Shown here one piece after another: positions 36,720 to 44,901 of a stretch of 64,000 nt of DNA (its first letter is position 1; every line of letters starts with the position of its first letter). A model generated the notes under the pieces. It saw nothing but the letters and a program-made list of their open reading frames with translations, had not been told where the DNA came from and did not search any database. This DNA is from an uncultured Pseudomonadales bacterium (GTDB taxonomy: Bacteria > Patescibacteriota > Microgenomatia > UBA1400 > PJMF01), in assembly GCA_964633875.1 (NCBI GenBank), contig CAZWKL010000006.1:19144-83143 (forward strand), given 5' to 3'. The position numbers and the translations under genes are program-made.

Positions 36720-39700
36720 ATGGCTAATGCGGACGCACCTGCTCTACCCTTAACCAAACTCGAGAATGTAAAATACTTCAAGACCGACGTTTCTCCAGAG
36801 GATTTTAAGGAATTTCTCACCACCCTCCCTCAAGCCATTTCCGGCAGTGGCGAACTGCAAAAAGGGGTGAAGGTTTTTGTACCAGGCAACGAAAAATTTA
36901 ACAGCAGAAAACTTGAGGCCGCTGACGATTCTGATTTGGTTTCAGAAGAACACAGTGCTGAAGCGCTTTATTATTCCGATATCGTCCGGCTCATTTCCGA
37001 CTCGATGAGATGGCTCATGGAAAATGGCACTCATGAAGAAATTGGGAACTTAAGAGACCGGTTTGACCACCTAAACAGAAATCCCAACGCCATCTTAACC
37101 CAGTGGGGAGGGGTTAAGGCTGGTGGCGAAAGCGCTGTTTCCGAAATAGAAATTCAGAAATTTAGAGGTGACATTCCGGAGCTGATCAACTATGTTTTGT
37201 ATTTTGCCAAAAAAGAGTTTAGCGACCTGGCTACGGAGCCATCGGAAAAAGATGGGGCGGCAGCGGCTCCAGGGAAACCGGCTAAAGGCGATGATCAGGC
37301 TGTCGTTGGGGGAAAGCCAGAGGCAGACGGAGGGGCTGATCAAGCTGGCTCAGCAGAGCCGGATGAGCAACGCCCTCAACCTCCCAGTCCGGAACAAGAA
37401 GAAGCCCACAAGAAAAAAATCCTCTACGAAGCCACCTGGATCTACAACCAGGCGCTGCACGATTTTTTCATCACTCACGGCATTGATTACGACTATCTCG
37501 AAACTCACCCAGAGTTGCGCGATCTAATTCTCTCCGAAACTGTCAAAATCCTGGAAAGCCGCTCCGAGCGCGAGCTGATGATTCTTTTCGCCAACCCAGG
37601 CAGAAGGTTGGAAATACTCAGAGAGCTTTACATCAACCTGGCCCAATCGCCGCAACTTGCCGTTGGCTTGCAAAATTTTTACGACACCTACGCGCAAGCG
37701 CTACCCGAGGAGGCTCGCCAGGAATTTCTGGCTAGCTTGTCCCGCTCTGAAAACGTTCTTTCCCAGGCCATTCAAGGCAAAATGGTTTCCAACGATTACC
37801 AACTGCGCCAACAAGTCGCGGCAGTTTTGGGCACCGACAGCCCCACCTTGATTGGCGTGGGTTCATCGGAGTTCACCCAAATTATGGGCTCGATTCAGAT
37901 TAATATTGATGCGCTCCTAATCGGTCAGGGTGTTGATTTCCTGATAGTTAGCTCTGATGGAAACGTCGAAAAGACTAGCGAAAATCCCCACAACGCCATT
38001 TGGCTGATTCAAAAAATGAGCGATGACCATTTGCTGTTGATGCTCGGTGTTCCTCCCGATATCCGTCTTTCCGCGGAAGCAGTAGAGCGGTTGAGAAAAA
38101 TCGTCATCAATTACGCCAGAATGAGGGCGATTTATCTGGCTGAGCGCGCGGAAAATCTGGCGATTGCCGAGGGAATCAATCCGCTGAATGAGGCAGATGC
38201 TAATGCTATCGCCGCCAATGACACGGTCACTGCCAAGCGAGCACTACTAGCGCCTCATCAAGATACGGCTGGATTAATCAAGGCAGAAGAAGACTCGGGA
38301 AATGGCGGCGAAGTCGTTTATGGAGCTTTAACCCAAAATATTAAACAGCTTGAGGCCAAACGGCAAGCTCAATGGCACTCACTTTCCAAGGAAGAACAAG
38401 AGCTCATCCTGGTATTTTTGGGCAAAGAAATTGGGGCAGAGTATTACGAAGTCCCTTTTGAAATCGGGCTGTTTAGACTGCAAGCGCTGATAGCTGAAGC
38501 TGAAAAAACCGCGGTTTCACAGGCAGAACTGCTCAAATACCAGGCAACCTCACAAGCGATGATGAGTGAGGCTTTGTACGCCTTTGCCTACGAACAAGAA
38601 ATTGCTGCTAGGCAGGAGTTTCTGCGCCAGGAAATTTTAGGAGAGTACTTCGCCGCCGTTGATGAAGCAGAGCTGGCTGCCATGGCTGAAGAACTTGACT
38701 ACGAGAATGAGGCGCAACTCTATGAAGAAAGTCTGAGTAATGTTGTGCGCGCTCATGAAGGTGCGGGAGAGCGAGCTGAGGCAGGAGCAGCGGGCGGGCG
38801 TTTCGGCAGGTTGGGAAGAATCGGCGATCGTTTTAGAAACCGGTTTGCAAAAGAAGGCCGCTTTTCTCCAAAACAAAAGTTGCTTGGTGCTATTAAAAAA
38901 ACCGGAGCTAGAAAACTGGGCAGTGCGGCGGCTCAAAAACTAGGTGGTTTGATCGGTGGCCCAGTGGGCGCGGCGCTTGCCAAAGCGCTAACAGGAAAAA
39001 ACAGAAAGTGGGTGGGTGGCGCTCTGGCTGGAGCCGGGTTGTTGGCCTTAAAAGGCCTTGCCGCGATGTTGCAGGGCGGTAAAGCCTTGCTGATTGGCTT
39101 GGGAGCTGGCGGCGCTACTGGGGGAGCGCTGTTGTTGTTGGGTTTAACCGGGCCGGTTGGAGCGGTGATCCTTGGTGTTGGTGCGGGTTTAGCTGCCGCT
39201 GGCGGGTATAGTTTATTGAGCGGAGCTGGAACCGCAGAAGGAGCGGCCGGTCTTGGCGGCGGTGGCTTGATTGGAGGAGCGGGCGGAGTTCCGCCTGCCG
39301 CTTACACCGCTATGCCAGCAGAAGCTGTAAGTGGCGCGGAGGCCACAACTGGCGGCGCGGCGGCGGCCGCTATCACCACAACTACCGCTACAGCCGCCGG
39401 CGCCGCCAGTTGGACTACAGTCGCTAGCTTCCCCACTGCGGTCTTAATTCCCATTTTAAGCCTAGCGCTGACAGCAGTAGCCAGCCTCATCGTCATCCTC
39501 ATCATCCAAGGCTCCTTCCTCATCACCCTGCCGCCGTCTCTTAGTAGCAGAACTTACACCAGCAACTTGAGCGGTTTTGAGGGCTGTTGGCCCACCACCG
39601 GCAGAATAACTTCATATCGCACCTACATGATCGGTGGTGGTGGTAGCAACCATGCCACTGTGGGTGCTGGTAAGTACTTACATGGCTACGAGGGTCCGGG

Positions 39701-40940
39701 TATTGCCTTGGACATTGGCGCCGGAGGCAATTCTGAGGCTGAGGGCGGCTCTAATCCGCCGGTTTTCTCTCCTTTTTCGGGGACGGCCACTTTTTATCCT
39801 GAAGGGACCGGAGTGTATTGTGCCAGCTGCGCTCATAAATATCCCTACGGTAATTACGTGGTGGTAGACACGGGTGATTTTGCTCTGATTTTTGCTCATC
39901 TACTGCATTTTCCGGACCCAAACGTTCAATACCCCATTGTTGGCACCAATCAGATGACCTCTATCAGTTGGACGCAAAAAACGGAAAACGTTCAAATTAC
40001 GGCGGGCAATCTTCTAGGACTGATGAACAGCACCGGCAACTCCACCGGCAATCATCTTCACTATGAAGTAGTGGGTGGTGGTGTGGATATTATTGATCTG
40101 GTTCCGCTAACAGACGCAGAAAAAGCTGAGGCTAAAGCAGATGAATACACAATTTTTGGCATGCGAGTCAATTCACAAGAGTGTTCCCGTGCAAATGTTG
40201 ATGAAGAAGAAGGCATTTCTGGCTACATCGCTATTGGCCCTCAGAATCCCGACAACTTAGTGGTAACTCCTTCCAGCATGTTCCAAAGTCCGGTTCATCC
40301 TTGCACTTGGTTTGATCAAAATCAAAACTTGGCCGTGGCAATTAATGCCAATTATTACAATAGCTCGTCTGAGCCAATTGGCCCTGCCGGCAGTGATCCG
40401 GTTAGATATCTAGCCAATGCCAATGACAGATCTTCAGCCTACATGTCGGAGACAATGCGCTATCTTGGGGTGACTACCGGCGGCGCCTTGCAGTTTGGAC
40501 CAGTGCCTCCCGCTTGGTACAACAATCCCAACAAGCCTTTTAATATCGACAGCTTGACTAAAGCCATTACCGGAACACTTTCCACCCATCCCGATGATAA
40601 CCAATTTAGAAATCGGGTGGCCCTTGGTTTTGGGAGCGTTAATGGCCAGTGCACTGATTACAGCGGACCAGCCTTTATTGTTGGCGGCATGCGGGCCGCT
40701 TCTTATTCTGATTTAGCAAAAATGATGACCGCTTGTGGCGCTGAAGAGTTCATCTTCCTGGATGGCGGCGGCTCCGCTTCTTTCTGCTCTGAAAATCTCA
40801 ATATTACCGGCAGTAGAGTCATGCCGGTGAGCGTGGGCTTGATTCAAGCCGAAGTAGAAACCTACAGCTCGAACGAAGAAGAAGAGGGCGTAGGTATTCA
40901 ACCTCCTCCCGGCGGTTTCCCTGGGCCACAACCAATTTAG
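36720..40940 (+). CDS. giant envelope hydrolase: N-terminal helical region, Gly/Ala-rich TM segment, M23 (LytM) metallopeptidase domain, C-terminal phosphodiester glycosidase-like domain
   Basis: M23 motifs HxxxD...GNSTGNHLHYEV; C-terminal FIFLDGGGSASF resembles the LDGGGS motif of phosphodiester glycosidase (DUF2233-like). The ORF-track start 36702 is a TTG overlapping TATAAT (36708-36713); the ATG at 36720 is preferred. Confidence 0.55.
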   Translation: MANADAPALPLTKLENVKYFKTDVSPEDFKEFLTTLPQAISGSGELQKGVKVFVPGNEKFNSRKLEAADDSDLVSEEHSAEALYYSDIVRLISDSMRWLMENGTHEEIGNLRDRFDHLNRNPNAILTQWGGVKAGGESAVSEIEIQKFRGDIPELINYVLYFAKKEFSDLATEPSEKDGAAAAPGKPAKGDDQAVVGGKPEADGGADQAGSAEPDEQRPQPPSPEQEEAHKKKILYEATWIYNQALHDFFITHGIDYDYLETHPELRDLILSETVKILESRSERELMILFANPGRRLEILRELYINLAQSPQLAVGLQNFYDTYAQALPEEARQEFLASLSRSENVLSQAIQGKMVSNDYQLRQQVAAVLGTDSPTLIGVGSSEFTQIMGSIQINIDALLIGQGVDFLIVSSDGNVEKTSENPHNAIWLIQKMSDDHLLLMLGVPPDIRLSAEAVERLRKIVINYARMRAIYLAERAENLAIAEGINPLNEADANAIAANDTVTAKRALLAPHQDTAGLIKAEEDSGNGGEVVYGALTQNIKQLEAKRQAQWHSLSKEEQELILVFLGKEIGAEYYEVPFEIGLFRLQALIAEAEKTAVSQAELLKYQATSQAMMSEALYAFAYEQEIAARQEFLRQEILGEYFAAVDEAELAAMAEELDYENEAQLYEESLSNVVRAHEGAGERAEAGAAGGRFGRLGRIGDRFRNRFAKEGRFSPKQKLLGAIKKTGARKLGSAAAQKLGGLIGGPVGAALAKALTGKNRKWVGGALAGAGLLALKGLAAMLQGGKALLIGLGAGGATGGALLLLGLTGPVGAVILGVGAGLAAAGGYSLLSGAGTAEGAAGLGGGGLIGGAGGVPPAAYTAMPAEAVSGAEATTGGAAAAAITTTTATAAGAASWTTVASFPTAVLIPILSLALTAVASLIVILIIQGSFLITLPPSLSSRTYTSNLSGFEGCWPTTGRITSYRTYMIGGGGSNHATVGAGKYLHGYEGPGIALDIGAGGNSEAEGGSNPPVFSPFSGTATFYPEGTGVYCASCAHKYPYGNYVVVDTGDFALIFAHLLHFPDPNVQYPIVGTNQMTSISWTQKTENVQITAGNLLGLMNSTGNSTGNHLHYEVVGGGVDIIDLVPLTDAEKAEAKADEYTIFGMRVNSQECSRANVDEEEGISGYIAIGPQNPDNLVVTPSSMFQSPVHPCTWFDQNQNLAVAINANYYNSSSEPIGPAGSDPVRYLANANDRSSAYMSETMRYLGVTTGGALQFGPVPPAWYNNPNKPFNIDSLTKAITGTLSTHPDDNQFRNRVALGFGSVNGQCTDYSGPAFIVGGMRAASYSDLAKMMTACGAEEFIFLDGGGSASFCSENLNITGSRVMPVSVGLIQAEVETYSSNEEEEGVGIQPPPGGFPGPQPI

Positions 40941-41016
40941 AATTCTAGTATAATAAAAATAATAAAAGCAGAGGGGTGCTTAACGCCAACAATAATTAGC
41001 AGATAGTAAAATCAAA

Positions 41017-42141
41017 ATGGACTTCGAAAACCCAGAATACCAGCAAGGCTTCCCTGAGCCGCCGCCGCCAAAGCCGCCGGGTAAGTTCGAGAGGCGCGCC
41101 CAGGCTACGGCCACTTTCATCCGCCAGCACGCCTTCAAAATTTTTCTGGTTTTGCTGGCGGCGGCGCTGATAATTTCCGCCATCATTGCCGCTCTCACCC
41201 CCACCTTGCCAGAGGCAATCCCTACTCCGCTCAATCCCATCAGCTCAGGAGTAGCAGATTCGCCCACCGGTATGCGGGTGAGCTTTCAGAATCCCAACCC
41301 CAACCTCCCCGATAAGCTGCCCATTCATCAAGCCACCTCCAGAGTGCAAAGCTCAGAGCAAGTCATCGCCAATCTCTCCAGTCAAATGGATATTCCCAAA
41401 GACCCTTCGCCCTATTCCAACAATATTTGGACTAATTTTGCCACCAGCGAACAACTTCTACTCCATCCGCAAAGCGGCAAAATCACTTACCTGGCCGGAA
41501 CAGATGAGGAGGAGTTTTTGCCCGAAACAGAAGGCGCCAATAATTTAAATGAGCCCTTCAATGTTGACGAGGCCATCAGCATCGCGGAAGAATTTATTGG
41601 CAAATTGTCGAATTTTTCCGGTCTAACCGCTCAGCGCCACAGTGTTGCTTATCTAGGGGATGAGGGCGAGCTGGAAATCAGCGTTGGTGCTAAAGTTATT
41701 TCCATTCCCTTTGTCTTCAACCTCAGCAATTATCCTGTTTATTTTTCGGGAGAAAGAGAGGCTTACGTCACCATTCAAATCAATAAAAATTATCAAATCA
41801 ATAAGGCCGATTTTTATCCGCCGCCACCCAACACCCAGGTGGTTTCAGAAAAAATTATCATTTCTTTAGATGAAGCCAGCCAATTAATCGCGGCTGGCCA
41901 GGCCACTGTCATCGCGGCCGGCAGTAGCACGGGGGTTTTTGACGTCAAAACAATTAACAATCTGAGGATCACCGACACTCAACTTGAGTATCGTCTCAAC
42001 CCGGAAAATCAGCTTATTATTCCTTATTTCCGTTTTGAAGCAGAGGGAAGCGCAGCCAATCAAAGCGCCCAAACGCCGCCCACCAACCTCACCCTTATTC
42101 TCCCTGCGATTCCCACCCTCGAACCCACCACCCTCAACTAG
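41017..42141 (+). CDS. bitopic membrane protein (short cytoplasmic N-term, one TM, ~300-aa ectodomain); VirB8-like topology
   Basis: Single TM helix FKIFLVLLAAALIISAIIAAL after a Pro-rich N-terminus. VirB8-likeness is inferred from topology and gene context only. Confidence 0.3.
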   Translation: MDFENPEYQQGFPEPPPPKPPGKFERRAQATATFIRQHAFKIFLVLLAAALIISAIIAALTPTLPEAIPTPLNPISSGVADSPTGMRVSFQNPNPNLPDKLPIHQATSRVQSSEQVIANLSSQMDIPKDPSPYSNNIWTNFATSEQLLLHPQSGKITYLAGTDEEEFLPETEGANNLNEPFNVDEAISIAEEFIGKLSNFSGLTAQRHSVAYLGDEGELEISVGAKVISIPFVFNLSNYPVYFSGEREAYVTIQINKNYQINKADFYPPPPNTQVVSEKIIISLDEASQLIAAGQATVIAAGSSTGVFDVKTINNLRITDTQLEYRLNPENQLIIPYFRFEAEGSAANQSAQTPPTNLTLILPAIPTLEPTTLN

Positions 42142-42194
42142 CCCTACTCAAGAAGGGTAATTACCTGATATCATGATGGCACAAGAATCGGCTT

Positions 42195-43460
42195 ATGAGA
42201 GAACACCCAATCCCTCAGGATATTACCAACTACCGCTTTCATATTATCGGCAGCATGACGCTCAAACAATTTGCGGAGATTTTTTTGGGTGTAATTGCTG
42301 CGATTATAATTTACAGCACCAACCTGCCTGACGTTATTAAATGGCCGCTGATTGCTATTTCGGTGGGACTGGGCGCGGCGGCGGCTTTTGTGCCAATTGA
42401 AGAAAGGCCCCTTGATCACTGGATTATTACTTTTTTCAGAGTGCTTTACAAACCCACTCGCTTTTTTTGGAAACGCGAACCACACATTCCCGAGCCTTTT
42501 GCTTATGTTCCGCGCAGTGATCAGCAAAATCTCGAACCGGAACTTGATTTAACCCCAGCAAAACGAGCTCGAATTAAAGAATACATCACTTCCGTTAACA
42601 CTCCATCTGAATACCAAACCGACCTGACTGACTGGGAAACCAACAGAATGCAGCAAATTACGGAAATTTTTAGCACCGAGCTGGTCGCGACACCACCGGC
42701 CACAGTTAAAAAACAAATACCGCAAGTCAAACCAAACATCACCGTGAGAGTTCGCAGCCTTAGAAGCGGCTCCGTTTCAGCTGACGGCCAGACAAATCAA
42801 ACAAGCCAAGTAAGTCAAACAGGCCAAACCAATCAAGAAAATCAACCAGACAGCGCTGACAATCAAGCCGAAGAAATCACCATCTACGCCAACACCACTA
42901 TTCAACAAGCCCCGCCGTTGGAAGCGCCGCAACCAACCTCGCAACCAACCTCACCGCCGGAAACGCCACCGGCAGAACAAAAACCAGAGGGCACCAACTA
43001 TCCGGAAAGGGTTGGTAACATCCCCAGGGTTTCTCAGCCGCAAATTGAATCACCACCAGAGGCCGAGCCTCAAGAACAGGCCGTGGAAGAAGCGCGGCCA
43101 GCCTACGCCTATGTACAAAACCAGGCAATGGCGCCAAAAGAAGAAAGGCAAACCAGCGGCGCGGCCTTTAACCTCGATCTGCCCTTTCCCGATCCTCCCA
43201 CAGAGCCAAACAAAATTGTGGGCATGGTACAAACTCCCAACAACGAACTTATCACCAGTGCTATCGTAGAAATCCAGACGGAGTCCGGCCAAATTGTTCG
43301 GGCGGTTAAAACCAATGCCCTTGGTCAATTTTTCATCACCACTCCGCTTAACAATGGAACTTATGTGGTATCGGTAGAAAAAGACGGCTATACTTTTGTC
43401 CCGCAAAAAATTGTATTATCAGGCGAGCCGGTTGCTCCTCTGGAATTTAGGAGCACATAG
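42195..43460 (+). CDS. PrgI/VirB3-like membrane protein fused to low-complexity linker and C-terminal carboxypeptidase-regulatory-like beta-sandwich
   Basis: The N-terminus IPQDITNYRFHIIGSMTLKQFAEIFLGVIAAIIIY with two TM helices matches the PrgI-family pattern. C-terminal segment VGMVQTPNNELITSAIVEIQTESGQIVRAVKTNALGQFFI...GTYVVSVEKDGYTF. Confidence 0.45.
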   Translation: MREHPIPQDITNYRFHIIGSMTLKQFAEIFLGVIAAIIIYSTNLPDVIKWPLIAISVGLGAAAAFVPIEERPLDHWIITFFRVLYKPTRFFWKREPHIPEPFAYVPRSDQQNLEPELDLTPAKRARIKEYITSVNTPSEYQTDLTDWETNRMQQITEIFSTELVATPPATVKKQIPQVKPNITVRVRSLRSGSVSADGQTNQTSQVSQTGQTNQENQPDSADNQAEEITIYANTTIQQAPPLEAPQPTSQPTSPPETPPAEQKPEGTNYPERVGNIPRVSQPQIESPPEAEPQEQAVEEARPAYAYVQNQAMAPKEERQTSGAAFNLDLPFPDPPTEPNKIVGMVQTPNNELITSAIVEIQTESGQIVRAVKTNALGQFFITTPLNNGTYVVSVEKDGYTFVPQKIVLSGEPVAPLEFRST

Positions 43461-43499
43461 TATTCTTGAAGTCAGACTACAAACCAGATAAGATGAAAA

Positions 43500-44807
43500 G
43501 TGAGCATGGCTGATAACAACTCTCAATCAACTACACAAGAATTTCTAGACATTCATGATATTACCAACGATCTGGTAATTATGAAGGATGGCACCACCTC
43601 GTTGGTGCTCACCGTTGATGCCATGAACTTTGGGCTGCTGGCTGAAGAAGAGCAAGACAGCATTATTTATGCTTATGCTGGCTTGTTGAATTCGCTCAAC
43701 TACCCCATTCAAGTACTGGTGAAATCGCAAACCAAAGACGTCACTTCTTATCTCAGGCTTTTGGAAGAGCAGGAAATGCAAGCCAACACACCGGAAAATC
43801 GCCAGCGTATCCGTCGCTACCGCGAGTTTGTGGCCAACCTTATTCATGAGCGTAATGTTTTGGACAAAAAGTTTTATGTAGTTATTCCCGCTTCGCCGCT
43901 GGAACTGGGTTTGCTTACCGCCGATAGCGTTATTCCAGGCAGACAAACTTTTGATGTTACCAGCGTGGAAAGAAGTGTTTTGTTGGAAAAAGCTAAAAAC
44001 ATTCTGGAGCCAAAGCGCGATCATCTCATTTCTCAGTTTGCCAGAATTGGTTTGTTTTCCAGACAGCTCGCCACTCAAGAAATCATTCAGTACTTTTATA
44101 CCAGTTATAATCCTGAGGCTTCAGAAGGTCAGGAAATTGCCGACAGCAACAGTTATTCGACTCCACTAGTAAAAGCTAGCTTTGAAGGATTTGCTATGCA
44201 GCAAAGCGATTCAACCAACACTAATTTGCAACAGCCGGGAACACCAGAGGTGGCGCCTCAAATGCCGCCGACTTCGCAAGAGCCGATTTTACCGCAAGAG
44301 CCGGAGGTGGCGCCGGAGCCGCCACCAGAGCCAGTGGCCGAAGCTCCCGTGATTCCAACTGAGCCTGTTGCTCCTACTGAGCCAACCGCGCCGCCAGCGG
44401 AGCCTCAGCCCGCAATTGAAGCGCCGCCAATTCTAACTGGGCTGATGATGGAACCACCACCACCTGTTGAGTCGCCCGTCGTGCCGGCTGTTCCAACCGC
44501 TCCCACTCTGCCCACCGAGCCAGTTTTGCCAACCGCTCCCACTCTGCCCACCGAGCCGGTAGTTCCGCCCAACAGCAACCTGCTCGATCTGGGATCAGAC
44601 CAAGCAACGCCAGGCATTCCTGTGGAAAATAATGTTGAGTTACAAAAAGCCCCGTTAGATGCTGACGTGGCCGCGCCGGAACAAACTGCTCCTCCAGTCG
44701 CTCCTCAAACAGAACCGCAGCCATCCGAGGACCAGGCAAGCTCAGCAAGTTCAGAAAATGAAGAGGGCGGCGGCAACACCCCGCCGCCAATCGCGGAAAT
44801 TCAGTAG
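43500..44807 (+). CDS. hypothetical protein with Pro-rich tandem-repeat C-terminal half
   Basis: N-terminal ~230-aa globular region; C-terminal PEPV/PTEP repeats (PTAPTLPTEPV twice). Confidence 0.4.
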   Translation: MSMADNNSQSTTQEFLDIHDITNDLVIMKDGTTSLVLTVDAMNFGLLAEEEQDSIIYAYAGLLNSLNYPIQVLVKSQTKDVTSYLRLLEEQEMQANTPENRQRIRRYREFVANLIHERNVLDKKFYVVIPASPLELGLLTADSVIPGRQTFDVTSVERSVLLEKAKNILEPKRDHLISQFARIGLFSRQLATQEIIQYFYTSYNPEASEGQEIADSNSYSTPLVKASFEGFAMQQSDSTNTNLQQPGTPEVAPQMPPTSQEPILPQEPEVAPEPPPEPVAEAPVIPTEPVAPTEPTAPPAEPQPAIEAPPILTGLMMEPPPPVESPVVPAVPTAPTLPTEPVLPTAPTLPTEPVVPPNSNLLDLGSDQATPGIPVENNVELQKAPLDADVAAPEQTAPPVAPQTEPQPSEDQASSASSENEEGGGNTPPPIAEIQ

Positions 44808-44901
44808 ACCCCAAGTCCGGGTCTCAGGTTTGGGCAGAAGCAAACTTGGCTTTTAAGGCCGGTCTTTATCAGTCCGTGCAATTAAAGTACAATGTCAATT
44901 G

